Source: a virus. Taken from it: DNA of 64,000 nucleotides. Location of the stretch: positions 60,741 through 124,740 of the IMG/VR virus record IMGVR_UViG_3300037245_001295; one strand, written 5' to 3'. The notes beneath the pieces are model-generated. The model saw only the letters and a program-made list of their open reading frames with translations, searched no databases and was not told the origin of the DNA. Within the stretch, counting starts at the first letter, position 1, and each line of letters begins with the position of its first letter. A program made the position numbers and the translations under genes. Shown here one piece after another: positions 8,865 through 18,101 of this stretch.

Positions 8865-10746
8865 GCCTCAGCGTAAGCCTCAGCGTAAGCCTCAGCGTAA
8901 GCGTACGGCCACGCCGATTACGTCGAAGGCCCCCTTTCTGATTAGCAAAGAACCGACGACACTCCCCGTCACCTTCAGGGAGAAACTCTACCGACTGATG
9001 GCGCGCGGTCAGCAAAATGCTGTGACGGAGAGTATTCTGGAGATACTTCTGTATATGCAGAACAACAACTTCAGCAGTCTCGATCAAGCGGGTCGAGATC
9101 GACTAAACGAAATCGTCAGCGCAATCTTTATGGTGATGTCCGATCCTGCCTACACGATTGATCCCAAGTACGCAGGCACGCTGGTAGCAAGGGCGCACCT
9201 GATGGCAAACCTTGTAGCCCTTTCTTGCTATGAGACAACTGACCACATCCTGAAACAGGTGATGACCCAGAAGAATAACATCATCAAGATTTTCTTCCTG
9301 TACACCGTGCGGAATTACACTGAGTTGGACTCGACTAAATTCTTCGAGATGCAGCCAGCCCTTGCGTCCATGTGGTACTTCACGTATCCGCTCGCGACTG
9401 TTGGCTGTGTACTGCCACACCAGCAGTCCAATCTGCGTCGTCACTTTGAGACCATCAACCCCGCGTATGCACCGAGCGACCATCGTGTAGCGGTCCCGTA
9501 CTTCGCGTCCACGTACTTTGCGGGGCAGGACAGGAAAGACCGCCCCATGAAGGAAACCATCAACAACAACTGCAAGAAGTGGTTGAAAGCCGCTGGCATT
9601 AAGGTGGAAAACAAGCCAGCCCGAGACAGCATGTTGGTCGTCACCTCGAAGTGGTTTGATAACAGCGCGGTCTATAAGAGCTACTTCCCATTCATCGACC
9701 GTTTTCGCAAGAAATACCGTATGACCTTACTAAACACCGGAGTCCACAAACCTGCGAAATTGGCAACAGACTACTTCGACGTAGTCCACACCGCGAGAAT
9801 GACTGCCAAAGGCGGTAACCTAAACGAGTTGTCGCTAAAGTCTGTGACGACTGGCGACTTCCAACTCGCGTTTTTCCCGGACATTGGAATGACAGATGAG
9901 TCCGTGTGGCTTAGTAATCTGCGAATGGCCCCTATCCAGGTCACGGGTTATGGCCACCCTGTCAGCACCTTTGGTAGTGAGATTGACTACTTCGTCGTGG
10001 GCGAGGAAGTCGAAGACTTGGATAACTTGGATAAGAACTACTCCGAGACTCCCATCGTGCTTCCCGGACTGGGCTGTGTTCCCACATGGCCAACCTACAC
10101 GCCTAAACTCCCTGGGAAGAAGACCGACAAGATCGTGGCCAATTGCGTATGGGGGCCGGACAAGTACAACTACACGATGATGCGTATACTGCAAGAACTA
10201 ACGAGTCAAGCCCCGGCGATTGAGTACGCGATCTTTGCAAGCCGTGGTGTGCATCGCTATAACTCCTTCCTCCCTTTCGCCACAGAACTGTCACAACAGT
10301 TGGGCGACACTGGCAGGCTGCACGCAGATAAAGAATACATGGAATACATGGAGGAGGCCGAGTATGGCGACTTCGCCATTAACTCGTATCCATTCGGTGG
10401 CTACAACACGGTGGTAGAAGCTCTCTTCCTTGGTAAGCCTGTGGTGACATTGGAAGGCGACCGCTTTTATAACCTCGCGGCCTCAGCCCTGCTACGGCGG
10501 GTAGGCCTTGACGACCTTATTACCACCACGGCCCCCCAGTTCATCGGGACATGCGCCAGGATGGTAAACGACCCCGCGTTCCTAGCCGAGCAGAAAGCAA
10601 AACTGGCCTCCGTAGATTTGAAAGAAGCGATCTTCGACACGGACGAACCGGCGTACTTTGAGCAAATGATGGAGTACATCATTGACAATCACGAGCAACT
10701 CAAAGGCAGTAAGAAACCTTTATTCGCGAGAGAGATATGTCGCTAA
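8836..10746 (+). CDS. GT41 glycosyltransferase, HMW1C/NGT-like
   Basis: FPDIGM...NLRMAPIQVTGYGHPVST, DKYN, SYPFGGYNTVVEAL; helical N-domain without TPRs; RBS AGAGGA before ATG 8836. Confidence 0.85.
   Translation: MSRKKQKKRKPQRKPQRKPQRKRTATPITSKAPFLISKEPTTLPVTFREKLYRLMARGQQNAVTESILEILLYMQNNNFSSLDQAGRDRLNEIVSAIFMVMSDPAYTIDPKYAGTLVARAHLMANLVALSCYETTDHILKQVMTQKNNIIKIFFLYTVRNYTELDSTKFFEMQPALASMWYFTYPLATVGCVLPHQQSNLRRHFETINPAYAPSDHRVAVPYFASTYFAGQDRKDRPMKETINNNCKKWLKAAGIKVENKPARDSMLVVTSKWFDNSAVYKSYFPFIDRFRKKYRMTLLNTGVHKPAKLATDYFDVVHTARMTAKGGNLNELSLKSVTTGDFQLAFFPDIGMTDESVWLSNLRMAPIQVTGYGHPVSTFGSEIDYFVVGEEVEDLDNLDKNYSETPIVLPGLGCVPTWPTYTPKLPGKKTDKIVANCVWGPDKYNYTMMRILQELTSQAPAIEYAIFASRGVHRYNSFLPFATELSQQLGDTGRLHADKEYMEYMEEAEYGDFAINSYPFGGYNTVVEALFLGKPVVTLEGDRFYNLAASALLRRVGLDDLITTTAPQFIGTCARMVNDPAFLAEQKAKLASVDLKEAIFDTDEPAYFEQMMEYIIDNHEQLKGSKKPLFAREICR
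8859..8902 (+). repeat. 12-bp tandem repeat (gcgtaagcctca) encoding RKPQ
   Basis: About 3.5 copies read directly. Confidence 0.9.
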
Positions 10747-11819
10747 CACCCGTTGAAGTAGTCTATGTACACGCCGTAGAGCCCCACCCCAACGCCGACC
10801 GGTTGGAAGTAGCGAAGGTGCTCGGTACCCAGTTCGTTACCCAGAAGGGTAACTTGAAGGTGGGAGACCTTGTGGTCTACTTCCCGCCCGATATGTTGAT
10901 CCCGGAAGAGATGGGGGTGAAGCTGGGTGTGGATGGCTACTTGAAGCACTCGATCTATCCTGGAGACATTGCGAAGACCAAGTGCCGCATCGGAGCGATC
11001 CGACTACGGGGCACGGCGTCATTCGGCTTTGGCATCGCTGTGACTACTGAGCCAATACTTGAATTGATGGCCGACCTCGGCATCGAGAAAGGCTGCGACG
11101 TATCGGCGGTGTTCCGAGCCGTCAAGTATCAACCGCCCGAGCGGTTTCAGCGCGGCGACACTGTACGCCAGCCTGGAACGTTCCACACCTATACCAACAT
11201 CCAGCACTACTACCGCAATGTAAGTGCTATCGCAGAAGGTACTCCGGTACGCATCACCGAGAAGCTGCACGGCACGAACTCTCGTCTTGGCGGGTGCCTA
11301 GATGACGGCTTCGAGTTTATGTGCGGCACACACCACCGCCGGGTGGCACCTGGAGACGCGAAGGGCCGACGCTCGCTATACTGGGAGCCGATGACCGACG
11401 ACATGCACGACATGATCGAATTCCTCTCAGCTAACGGCCTGCATAACATCATTGTGTTCGGTGAGATTTACGGTCAAGGCATTCAGAAGATGGATTACGC
11501 CCGCACCAAGAAGCGCGGCTACCGAGTCTTTGACATCTCAGTCGATGGCCAGTACGTAGACTGGAAGTACGTGAAGTCGTACTGCAACCTGTACGACATC
11601 GAGATGGTGCCCCTGCTGTACTCGGGTCCGTTCATCCATGAGTTGGTGCCGGAACTCACCTCCGGGCCTACCACGATGGCAGACCCCGATGCCATCCGGT
11701 GCAAGTTCAAGGGCCGCGAAGGTATCGTGATTACACCCTTGACTGAGACGTACAGCCCGGTCATTGGCGGGCGAACGATCCTGAAATCCGTAAGCCCAGA
11801 ATACCATGAGGCTATGTGA
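10737..11819 (+). CDS. ATP-dependent RNA ligase, DRB0094/Rnl5-like, with N-terminal OB domain
   Basis: HPNADRLEV N-terminal domain; motif I TEKLHGTN; FGEIYG, FDI, REGIVI, LKSVS. Confidence 0.9.
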   Translation: MSLTPVEVVYVHAVEPHPNADRLEVAKVLGTQFVTQKGNLKVGDLVVYFPPDMLIPEEMGVKLGVDGYLKHSIYPGDIAKTKCRIGAIRLRGTASFGFGIAVTTEPILELMADLGIEKGCDVSAVFRAVKYQPPERFQRGDTVRQPGTFHTYTNIQHYYRNVSAIAEGTPVRITEKLHGTNSRLGGCLDDGFEFMCGTHHRRVAPGDAKGRRSLYWEPMTDDMHDMIEFLSANGLHNIIVFGEIYGQGIQKMDYARTKKRGYRVFDISVDGQYVDWKYVKSYCNLYDIEMVPLLYSGPFIHELVPELTSGPTTMADPDAIRCKFKGREGIVITPLTETYSPVIGGRTILKSVSPEYHEAM

Positions 11820-12421
11820 TGAGATTTGTGAGCATTGACATTGAGACGACCGGGCTCGACCCCAACACTTGCCAAGTTCTGGAGATCGGAGCCGTTATTG
11901 AGGACGATAGGCTAGGCCTTAACGAACTGCCCACTTTCCGGTACCGAATACTGCGGGACAACTACGTGGGCGAGCCTTATGCTCTCAGTATGCACAAGGA
12001 CTTGTTCAAGGACTTGGCTAACGCGACAAGGAACACGACAGGTGGCATTCAGGCGAGGGGAGTCGCACTGATGAACCTTTGTTGGTATGGTCTTGAACGC
12101 GAGTTTGCCACGTATTTTGCCGAATGGCTCCTAGCATGCGATATTGACCCGACGAAGTTCGTCGCGGCCGGTAAGAACTTCGCCCACTTCGATGAGCCCT
12201 TCTTGAAGACGCTCACGGGCACGGGCATCGTCAGGTGGCATCACAGGATTCTCGACCCTGGCAGTATGTACGTGCGGCCGACTGACGAGTTCATGCCGGA
12301 CACTAACGAATGCTGTAGACGTGCGGGTCTCGACCCCGCTTACATCCCCGGCGACGAACACACCTCAATCCACGATGCGTTGGTAGTGGTCGCCCTAATC
12401 CGAAGCCGCTGGATAAAGTAA
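11816..12421 (+). CDS. DEDDh 3'-5' exonuclease
   Basis: DIETTG, NFAHFD, HTSIHD. Confidence 0.85.
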   Translation: MMRFVSIDIETTGLDPNTCQVLEIGAVIEDDRLGLNELPTFRYRILRDNYVGEPYALSMHKDLFKDLANATRNTTGGIQARGVALMNLCWYGLEREFATYFAEWLLACDIDPTKFVAAGKNFAHFDEPFLKTLTGTGIVRWHHRILDPGSMYVRPTDEFMPDTNECCRRAGLDPAYIPGDEHTSIHDALVVVALIRSRWIK

Positions 12422-12924
12422 TGACACGAGCAGACCTTCTCAAGACTATTAGATCAGGGGTGCGTGGCTACCGCCGCACACACTCTGGCGATCTCAAGCG
12501 GAGCCTTAGTTACTGGTTGTTGAAGCTAATGCAAGTGAACACACAAGCCACCCTCGACGGAGTCTGGTGCGAAATTAGGCATGAGCATTACTTCTATAGG
12601 GTGGCGAGTCTTGCCGTACTGTGCCTGGACGACAATGGCGTCATCAGGGCCGGAACAGGTCCACCTATTGAGAGATTGGTGCGCCCGGAAGAAGCTGATT
12701 TGGATGTTGTGCTGATGGCCATTCATCTAGGGTGTGCTAAGTATTCAGCGGACAGCACAACAGATTTGATTGTTAGGATTAACTCCCACTTGCACGATGC
12801 TGTTGATTCACACGCTGCACCTAACAACAAGGTATTCACCCTGCTGGAGATTCGCGATATTGCCAGCATGGCAATACTAGGACTGGAAATAACAAAACTC
12901 AACGGAGACAATGATGCTAAGTGA
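12421..12924 (+). CDS. hypothetical helical protein (two degenerate MazG-like repeats?)
   Basis: RVASLAVLCLD and DIASMAILGLE resemble the MazG-like C-terminal helix. Confidence 0.5.
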   Translation: MTRADLLKTIRSGVRGYRRTHSGDLKRSLSYWLLKLMQVNTQATLDGVWCEIRHEHYFYRVASLAVLCLDDNGVIRAGTGPPIERLVRPEEADLDVVLMAIHLGCAKYSADSTTDLIVRINSHLHDAVDSHAAPNNKVFTLLEIRDIASMAILGLEITKLNGDNDAK

Positions 12925-14218
12925 CACTAAAGTGAAGAAGATCAAGCAACAACTGGCTGAGGACGAACTTACACAGCCAGAGATTGCAAAAAAGCATGGG
13001 ATCAGCCGCTCGCTAGTCTCGAACATTGCCACCGGCCGGGCTTACGCCAAGGTAGAAGGGCCAGATGCACCGCCCAAGACCCAGAAGGGACAGCGTAAGA
13101 AGCTGCAAGCGTATGACCCGACGAACGACCGGATTTTGGAGCTTGAGTCTGACGTGGTCCACCTACGTGAGGAACGGAATTTCGCAAGGCAACAGCTAAA
13201 GGTGGCCTCGAAGACTCGTGGACTATTGGAGGCCATGACCAGTGAAATGGATCGGGTAGTCAAACCTTTCGCCACACTGCCAAGAGCGCGGCAGCCATTC
13301 GCTAAGGCGAAGGCGGGTGGTGTGACCGAGCATCTGGTCCTCCATATCAGCGACGGTCACCACGATCAGATCGTCCGACCTGAGGAGTGCGGCGGCCTGG
13401 AACAGTACGACTTCCCCATCAGTGTACGGCGCGGCGAGAAACTGATCGACACGGTATTGAAGTGGACGCAGCAAACTCTGGCCCCTCAGTTCAAGTTCCC
13501 TGAGGTGACGGTGCTGGCCTATGGCGATCATACCAGCGGCGAGATTCACGGAGCGGTGAACCGGTCGTACTTCAAGAACCAGTTCAAGAACTCCCTGGCG
13601 ATTGGACAGTTCCACTCCCTGATGTATCGTGACCTTGCCCCATACTTTGACGTGGTGAACGTGGTGTACGTGCCTGGAAACCACGGCCGACGTTCAAAGA
13701 TGAAGAACCACCACGGCGCTCAGGACAATTGGGACTATCTGGTCGCGAAGACGGCTGAGATGTACTGCCGTGACATTAAGAACGTCTTTTTTACGATCCC
13801 GAATTCGTTCAGCATTAACGTAGACATCTGTGGACACGGCTTCTGTATCTTCCACGGTGATGACGTGAAGTCCAACATGGGTATCCCGTGGTACGGCCTG
13901 GAACGTCGTCAGCGGCGGTACGCGGCCCTGGGACGTGTTATGAGTGGTCCATCAGTTCGTTACTTCTGCTGCGGTCACTTCCACAGGCCGGGCAACGTGA
14001 GCGAGGTGGACGGAGAACTGCTGATGAATGGCCCGTGGGTAGCTACCGATGCCTATGCCTTCAATGCACTGTCGGCCTACTCAGCCCCGACGCAGTTGTT
14101 GCACGGAGTCCACGAGAAGTACGGCATCACCTGGAGGCTGCCTATTAAGCTGAAATCGGACGACGAGCTTGACGGGCCTCAGCGTTACAAGATCGACTTG
14201 TTTGACGAGGTGGGGTAG
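12911..14218 (+). CDS. HTH + coiled coil + metallophosphoesterase
   Basis: TQPEIAKKHGISRSLVSNI HTH; SDGH, GD, GNHG, HGD, GHFH motifs. Confidence 0.85.
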   Translation: MMLSDTKVKKIKQQLAEDELTQPEIAKKHGISRSLVSNIATGRAYAKVEGPDAPPKTQKGQRKKLQAYDPTNDRILELESDVVHLREERNFARQQLKVASKTRGLLEAMTSEMDRVVKPFATLPRARQPFAKAKAGGVTEHLVLHISDGHHDQIVRPEECGGLEQYDFPISVRRGEKLIDTVLKWTQQTLAPQFKFPEVTVLAYGDHTSGEIHGAVNRSYFKNQFKNSLAIGQFHSLMYRDLAPYFDVVNVVYVPGNHGRRSKMKNHHGAQDNWDYLVAKTAEMYCRDIKNVFFTIPNSFSINVDICGHGFCIFHGDDVKSNMGIPWYGLERRQRRYAALGRVMSGPSVRYFCCGHFHRPGNVSEVDGELLMNGPWVATDAYAFNALSAYSAPTQLLHGVHEKYGITWRLPIKLKSDDELDGPQRYKIDLFDEVG

Positions 14219-14433
14219 TGAAAGACCTGAGTACACGCCGCCGCACGTTGGCGAAGGCCTTCTCGTGGCGGGCGGTATCCATCGTGATGACTTCAGGTTT
14301 GGTCTGGGCAATCACCGGCAGCCTGCAAACGGGCATGGCTGTCGGTGGCATTGACTTCGCCGTGAAGTTCGCGGTGTTCTATTATCACGAACGATTGTGG
14401 CATCAAATTAAGTGGGGGAAGAATAATGGATGA
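14218..14433 (+). CDS. DUF2061-like small membrane protein
   Basis: KAFSWR...YYHERLW..IKWG signature. Confidence 0.8.
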   Translation: MKDLSTRRRTLAKAFSWRAVSIVMTSGLVWAITGSLQTGMAVGGIDFAVKFAVFYYHERLWHQIKWGKNNG

Positions 14434-14662
14434 ACTACTGCGGCTTTTAGCTACGTGGGAAATTTCTCTCAGCGTGACAACTGTAAAAGGGCGGCCCGCC
14501 ATTCTTTTTAAGTCAATGCGCGAAGGCGAAGATTTCACGATTGCTATAAAGTACGACCCTGAGAAACGTACTCTTAAAAATTTAATCCAGACTTGTGTAC
14601 AACCTGCTGGAGGTGTCATTTACAAGGCGCGTAGAGACGCGGGGACGGTGGCTAATGGATGA
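14426..14662 (+). CDS. hypothetical protein, paralog 1 of tandem trio
   Basis: MDELLRLL..ISLSV...QPAGG. Confidence 0.7.
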   Translation: MDELLRLLATWEISLSVTTVKGRPAILFKSMREGEDFTIAIKYDPEKRTLKNLIQTCVQPAGGVIYKARRDAGTVANG

Positions 14663-14891
14663 ATTGATGAAAGTTCTGCTCGATAACCAAGTATCTCTTG
14701 GAGTCATGGACTTCCCAAGTGACGAACCTATGTGGGCGATCAGATCAAACCTTGGCGAGTATTTTTGTGCTTTTAGCACTGATCCCGACATTACTGTAGA
14801 AGACTTTGTGAGTTGGTATATCAAACCCGCAGCGGGGGCGATACGAGCTAACAGAGAGGCAGAAGAAAGGGAGGTGCGCGACGATGGATAA
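14655..14891 (+). CDS. hypothetical protein, paralog 2 of tandem trio
   Basis: MDELMKVL..VSLGV...KPAAG; start chosen by paralogy. Confidence 0.7.
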   Translation: MDELMKVLLDNQVSLGVMDFPSDEPMWAIRSNLGEYFCAFSTDPDITVEDFVSWYIKPAAGAIRANREAEEREVRDDG

Positions 14892-15159
14892 CTTGTCAAA
14901 GGCGGTAGCGACCTTGCTGTTTGATTATTCAGTGGCTCTAAGTATTGAGAAGACCAAGGACGGTCGCAAGTGGTGGGTGATCCGATCAACCTTAGGGGAT
15001 GAATGGTACTGGTGCTGGGAGGTTGCTACTTACTACACCTTTGAAGAGTTGCTTGAAACTTGGCTGCTACCCGCCGCCAAAGACCTAGCTGAAAAACGAA
15101 AAGCCGACCCTGAACGATACGAGGATCACGATGGCTTTGAAGACCTGCCCGAACTGTAA
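14884..15159 (+). CDS. hypothetical protein, paralog 3 of tandem trio
   Basis: MDNL..LFDYSVALSI...IRSTLGDE...LPAAK. Confidence 0.7.
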   Translation: MDNLSKAVATLLFDYSVALSIEKTKDGRKWWVIRSTLGDEWYWCWEVATYYTFEELLETWLLPAAKDLAEKRKADPERYEDHDGFEDLPEL

Positions 15160-15478
15160 GAAGAAGCGAGGCACCCGCACGAAAGTTTGCAAGTGCGGGC
15201 ACGCCTTTAATAAACACCCCCTGGTCCCAGAGCCAGGGGGTTGGGTCTTGGATACTTACAAAGGCCTGCCGGAGATCGACCCACCGGGCGAGCTTCCCGC
15301 TGGGAAGATGACGGTCCCTGCGGTGTACGATCATGTGTCGCGTGAAGGGTTGGGCTTTTGCATCTACCACCTGATCCCGGCCAACAAAATCAAAGACGCA
15401 AAGCTCCGCAAGCTCTGGACCGACGCTCGCGCAGCCTTGGGTAGAATCAAGGAGTATCTAGATGTACATAATTCCTGA
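15131..15478 (+). CDS. Zn-ribbon protein
   Basis: KTCPNC...VCKCGH. Confidence 0.7.
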   Translation: MALKTCPNCKKKRGTRTKVCKCGHAFNKHPLVPEPGGWVLDTYKGLPEIDPPGELPAGKMTVPAVYDHVSREGLGFCIYHLIPANKIKDAKLRKLWTDARAALGRIKEYLDVHNS

Positions 15479-15998
15479 GAAGAAGTTCGCCTTTATTGCC
15501 AACCCACGTACCGGCAGCAAGGCGGTTCGCGATGCCCTGCTTCAGGCAGGGGGGGTGCTGGTCGGAGGCCATCACACCACGCCCGCCGACAATCCCGAGA
15601 TTGAGATTGGCCCAGACTGGACGGTCTGCTCGACAGTGCGTAACCACTGGGATGCCATGATCTCGTGGTGGTTCAAGATCGAGCGAAAGCGTAACGCGAT
15701 GATCCCGCTGGTAGAATTCCTGCCCCGCTTCTGCGCGAACAATCCGAACTTCGTTCGTGACGGGCGCCTGTGGTGGCACGGTGAGCCTTGCATCAATACG
15801 TACCTGCGGTACCAGTGGCTTGAGGCCGATTTGAATCAAGCCCTTGTTAAGGTCGGGCTGAACCCAGTCGATCTGCCGCAAGTCATCGACTCACAGCGTG
15901 AGGGGAGACCCTATCAGGTATTCTACAAGAAGGCGACGGCCCGTTGGGTCGGTAGTTACTTCGCAGAGGAGATTGAGGAATATGGCTACAAATTCTAG
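15462..15998 (+). CDS. sulfotransferase family protein
   Basis: 5'-PSB-like FIANPRTGS, 3'-PB-like VRNHWDAMISWW, C-terminal EEIEEYGYKF. Confidence 0.75.
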   Translation: MYIIPEKKFAFIANPRTGSKAVRDALLQAGGVLVGGHHTTPADNPEIEIGPDWTVCSTVRNHWDAMISWWFKIERKRNAMIPLVEFLPRFCANNPNFVRDGRLWWHGEPCINTYLRYQWLEADLNQALVKVGLNPVDLPQVIDSQREGRPYQVFYKKATARWVGSYFAEEIEEYGYKF

Positions 15999-16179
15999 TA
16001 TCCAGAGCGAGATGCCCGACGCAGACGACGCTTGGCGTGCCTCAGACTGGGAGTGCCCCACATGCGGTAAACTAATGTGGGCGTCGGACTGGTGGGATGA
16101 CACACTCGAAGCTGGGGGTGCGTGCATTGGCACATGGTATCAATGCGGAGACTGCGGCGACTACGAGACCGGCTAACCA

Positions 16180-16728
16180 ATGAAATTCATGGAGCGAACA
16201 ATGAAGTACCCAATGACTGATAACCGCGAGATCGACATAGATGACAGACCCCACGAGCCGACCGACAATGCCTTGGTTATGACGCACGGCCTACCTCGTT
16301 CGGGGAAGTCTACGTGGTCGCGAACACACGTCGGCCCAATCGTCTGCCCCGACTCCATCCGACTGGCGAAGACTGGGAAGCGATGGTTCGGCCCAATTGA
16401 GCATGAGGTGTGGGCCACGGCTCGGACGATGGTTCGCGCCCTCTTCCTATCCGGTCACAAGACCGTGATATTGGACTCTACAACCGGCACCCGCTCACAG
16501 CGGGATATGTTCCTGCCCTCCCCAGACGTGCCGTGGCGTAGGTACCTAAAGGTGGTACCCACTACGAGGGGTACGTGCATCCTCAGGGCTTTGAGCGGAC
16601 CTTACCCCGAATTGGTCGAGGTGATTAACTACATGGCCGACAACTGGGAGCCCGTACAGCCTGAGGAAGAAATTATCACGCAATGGGGTGGAAATTTGGC
16701 GAAACCGCTTGACTTTATGAAACCGTAG
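16180..16728 (+). CDS. P-loop kinase (polynucleotide-kinase/AAA_33-like)
   Basis: GLPRSGKST, CPDSIR, VILDST. Confidence 0.82.
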   Translation: MKFMERTMKYPMTDNREIDIDDRPHEPTDNALVMTHGLPRSGKSTWSRTHVGPIVCPDSIRLAKTGKRWFGPIEHEVWATARTMVRALFLSGHKTVILDSTTGTRSQRDMFLPSPDVPWRRYLKVVPTTRGTCILRALSGPYPELVEVINYMADNWEPVQPEEEIITQWGGNLAKPLDFMKP

Positions 16729-16746
16729 TGTATACTTGTAATAGAG
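16709..16746 (+). promoter_or_regulatory. sigma70-type phage promoter
   Basis: TTGACT-N16-TATACT-TGTAATAGAG. Confidence 0.85.
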
Positions 16747-16752
16747 GAAGAC

Positions 16753-16875
16753 ACGCCCTGTGGACTAATGGTTTAGGTCACGGCAAATGGCATCGCTAAG
16801 GGTTCAAATCCCTGTAACACGGCCTGTGGCGAGTGAGTCCCGGCCGAGGTGCAGCTTCGATACCTGTCAGGGCGT
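16753..16875 (+). ncRNA. tRNA-like RNA with insertion and enlarged anticodon loop
   Basis: acgccctg/cagggcgt stem, D-arm, cggcc/ggccg stem, T-loop TTCGATA, extra internal T-hairpin aggg-TTCAAAT-ccct. Confidence 0.6.
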
Positions 16876-16912
16876 TTTAAGCACGAGGATTCAGGAGTCG
16901 GAGTATGAACCT

Positions 16913-17338
16913 ATGAAATACCTAGTAGTCAAGTTTTACGACAACGACTTTGGCACCCCTATGCTGGCGGCCTTGGCCCGATTGTGGGGTTACATCGACG
17001 GCAACGACCGGGCGTACTCGCAGCCGCAATACATGAATGTTACGCAGGTCTTCGAGAAACTTCTTGAGTGCGGAGCCTTTCAGCCGATGCTGCTGCGGCT
17101 GTTCGTATTGGAGAATCTGTGCAGCGACGTAGAGGGTAAGACTCGCGGCCTGCATAACTGGCACGAGTGGTCTGCGGAAAAGGCAATGATTGACAAGCCC
17201 AGTCACCTTGAGCCCGACACCTACCTCTCCTGCGACGTTGCCATTTATGGGCAATACGAAAACATACCCGACATTGATTGGGCGAACGGTGAATGTGCGT
17301 ACCTCAACCTAACAACTGGCGAAGTGGGGACTTTCTAA
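16913..17338 (+). CDS. hypothetical protein
   Basis: Start moved downstream of the RNA element (MKYLVV...). Confidence 0.65.
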   Translation: MKYLVVKFYDNDFGTPMLAALARLWGYIDGNDRAYSQPQYMNVTQVFEKLLECGAFQPMLLRLFVLENLCSDVEGKTRGLHNWHEWSAEKAMIDKPSHLEPDTYLSCDVAIYGQYENIPDIDWANGECAYLNLTTGEVGTF

Positions 17339-17808
17339 TGATGAAAGCTGAACGAGAACGTATCGCCGTAATAGCCCGACGAATCGACATTCTGAATGAC
17401 GAGGGGAACAAGAAATTAAAATACGCCTACACCCTTGTATCCCTACAGACTAAGCTGTGCGCAGAGGTCATCACAGGCGAGCGGTTGCTGGCCGGAAAGT
17501 GGCGGTCCATCCCGGACAATCACGTTGTTCGACTTGTGGCCACTTGGTTCGACTACCAGCGAATACGTGAGTTGGTAAAGCCTCTGCTTATTTATGACGA
17601 CATAAAGCTGACGGTGGTTGAGGGCGTGACCCTGAGTGTCGGGGATGACTCGCTGACCCTGTGGCTTACGGTTGAAACTGCTGCCCAGTTCATCCTGGAG
17701 AATGGAATTACACTTGACATGGCCTCCGTATTTGAGAACCGGGACAAGCTGGCGACAAGGCTCGAAGAGACGAACGCCATGATCGCCGCACTGGGAGAGA
17801 CACCATGA
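17338..17808 (+). CDS. hypothetical protein
   Basis: TAATG coupling. Confidence 0.6.
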   Translation: MMKAERERIAVIARRIDILNDEGNKKLKYAYTLVSLQTKLCAEVITGERLLAGKWRSIPDNHVVRLVATWFDYQRIRELVKPLLIYDDIKLTVVEGVTLSVGDDSLTLWLTVETAAQFILENGITLDMASVFENRDKLATRLEETNAMIAALGETP

Positions 17809-18101
17809 TAGAAGCACTGAGAACATTGGCAAACATCACTGACTACTCGGACGCCGAGCTTGCGAGCCTTGTCGAGACGTTCGGGCGTGTGTGTTCCCTG
17901 CACCAGCTTACCGTACCGGTCACGTCGGTGATCGACGCCCGCCGAGAGTTGGAGCGGGTGAAAGACCCCGGCGATTCCGCTGTGTCGGCTGCCAACATCG
18001 TCGCCTGTGCCGAGGCATTGGTGGCCGTTGGCGGCGTAGGACCGGAGTTCATGGCGTTGGACCGGGCACTTGACAACATGCGAGGACACCGGAGAGTATG
18101 A
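17805..18101 (+). CDS. hypothetical protein
   Basis: ATGA overlaps. Confidence 0.6.
   Translation: MIEALRTLANITDYSDAELASLVETFGRVCSLHQLTVPVTSVIDARRELERVKDPGDSAVSAANIVACAEALVAVGGVGPEFMALDRALDNMRGHRRV

Noticed and set aside
16787-16912. N-terminal extension of the 183-aa ORF
   Set aside because: Overlaps the tRNA-like element; the start at 16913 is more plausible
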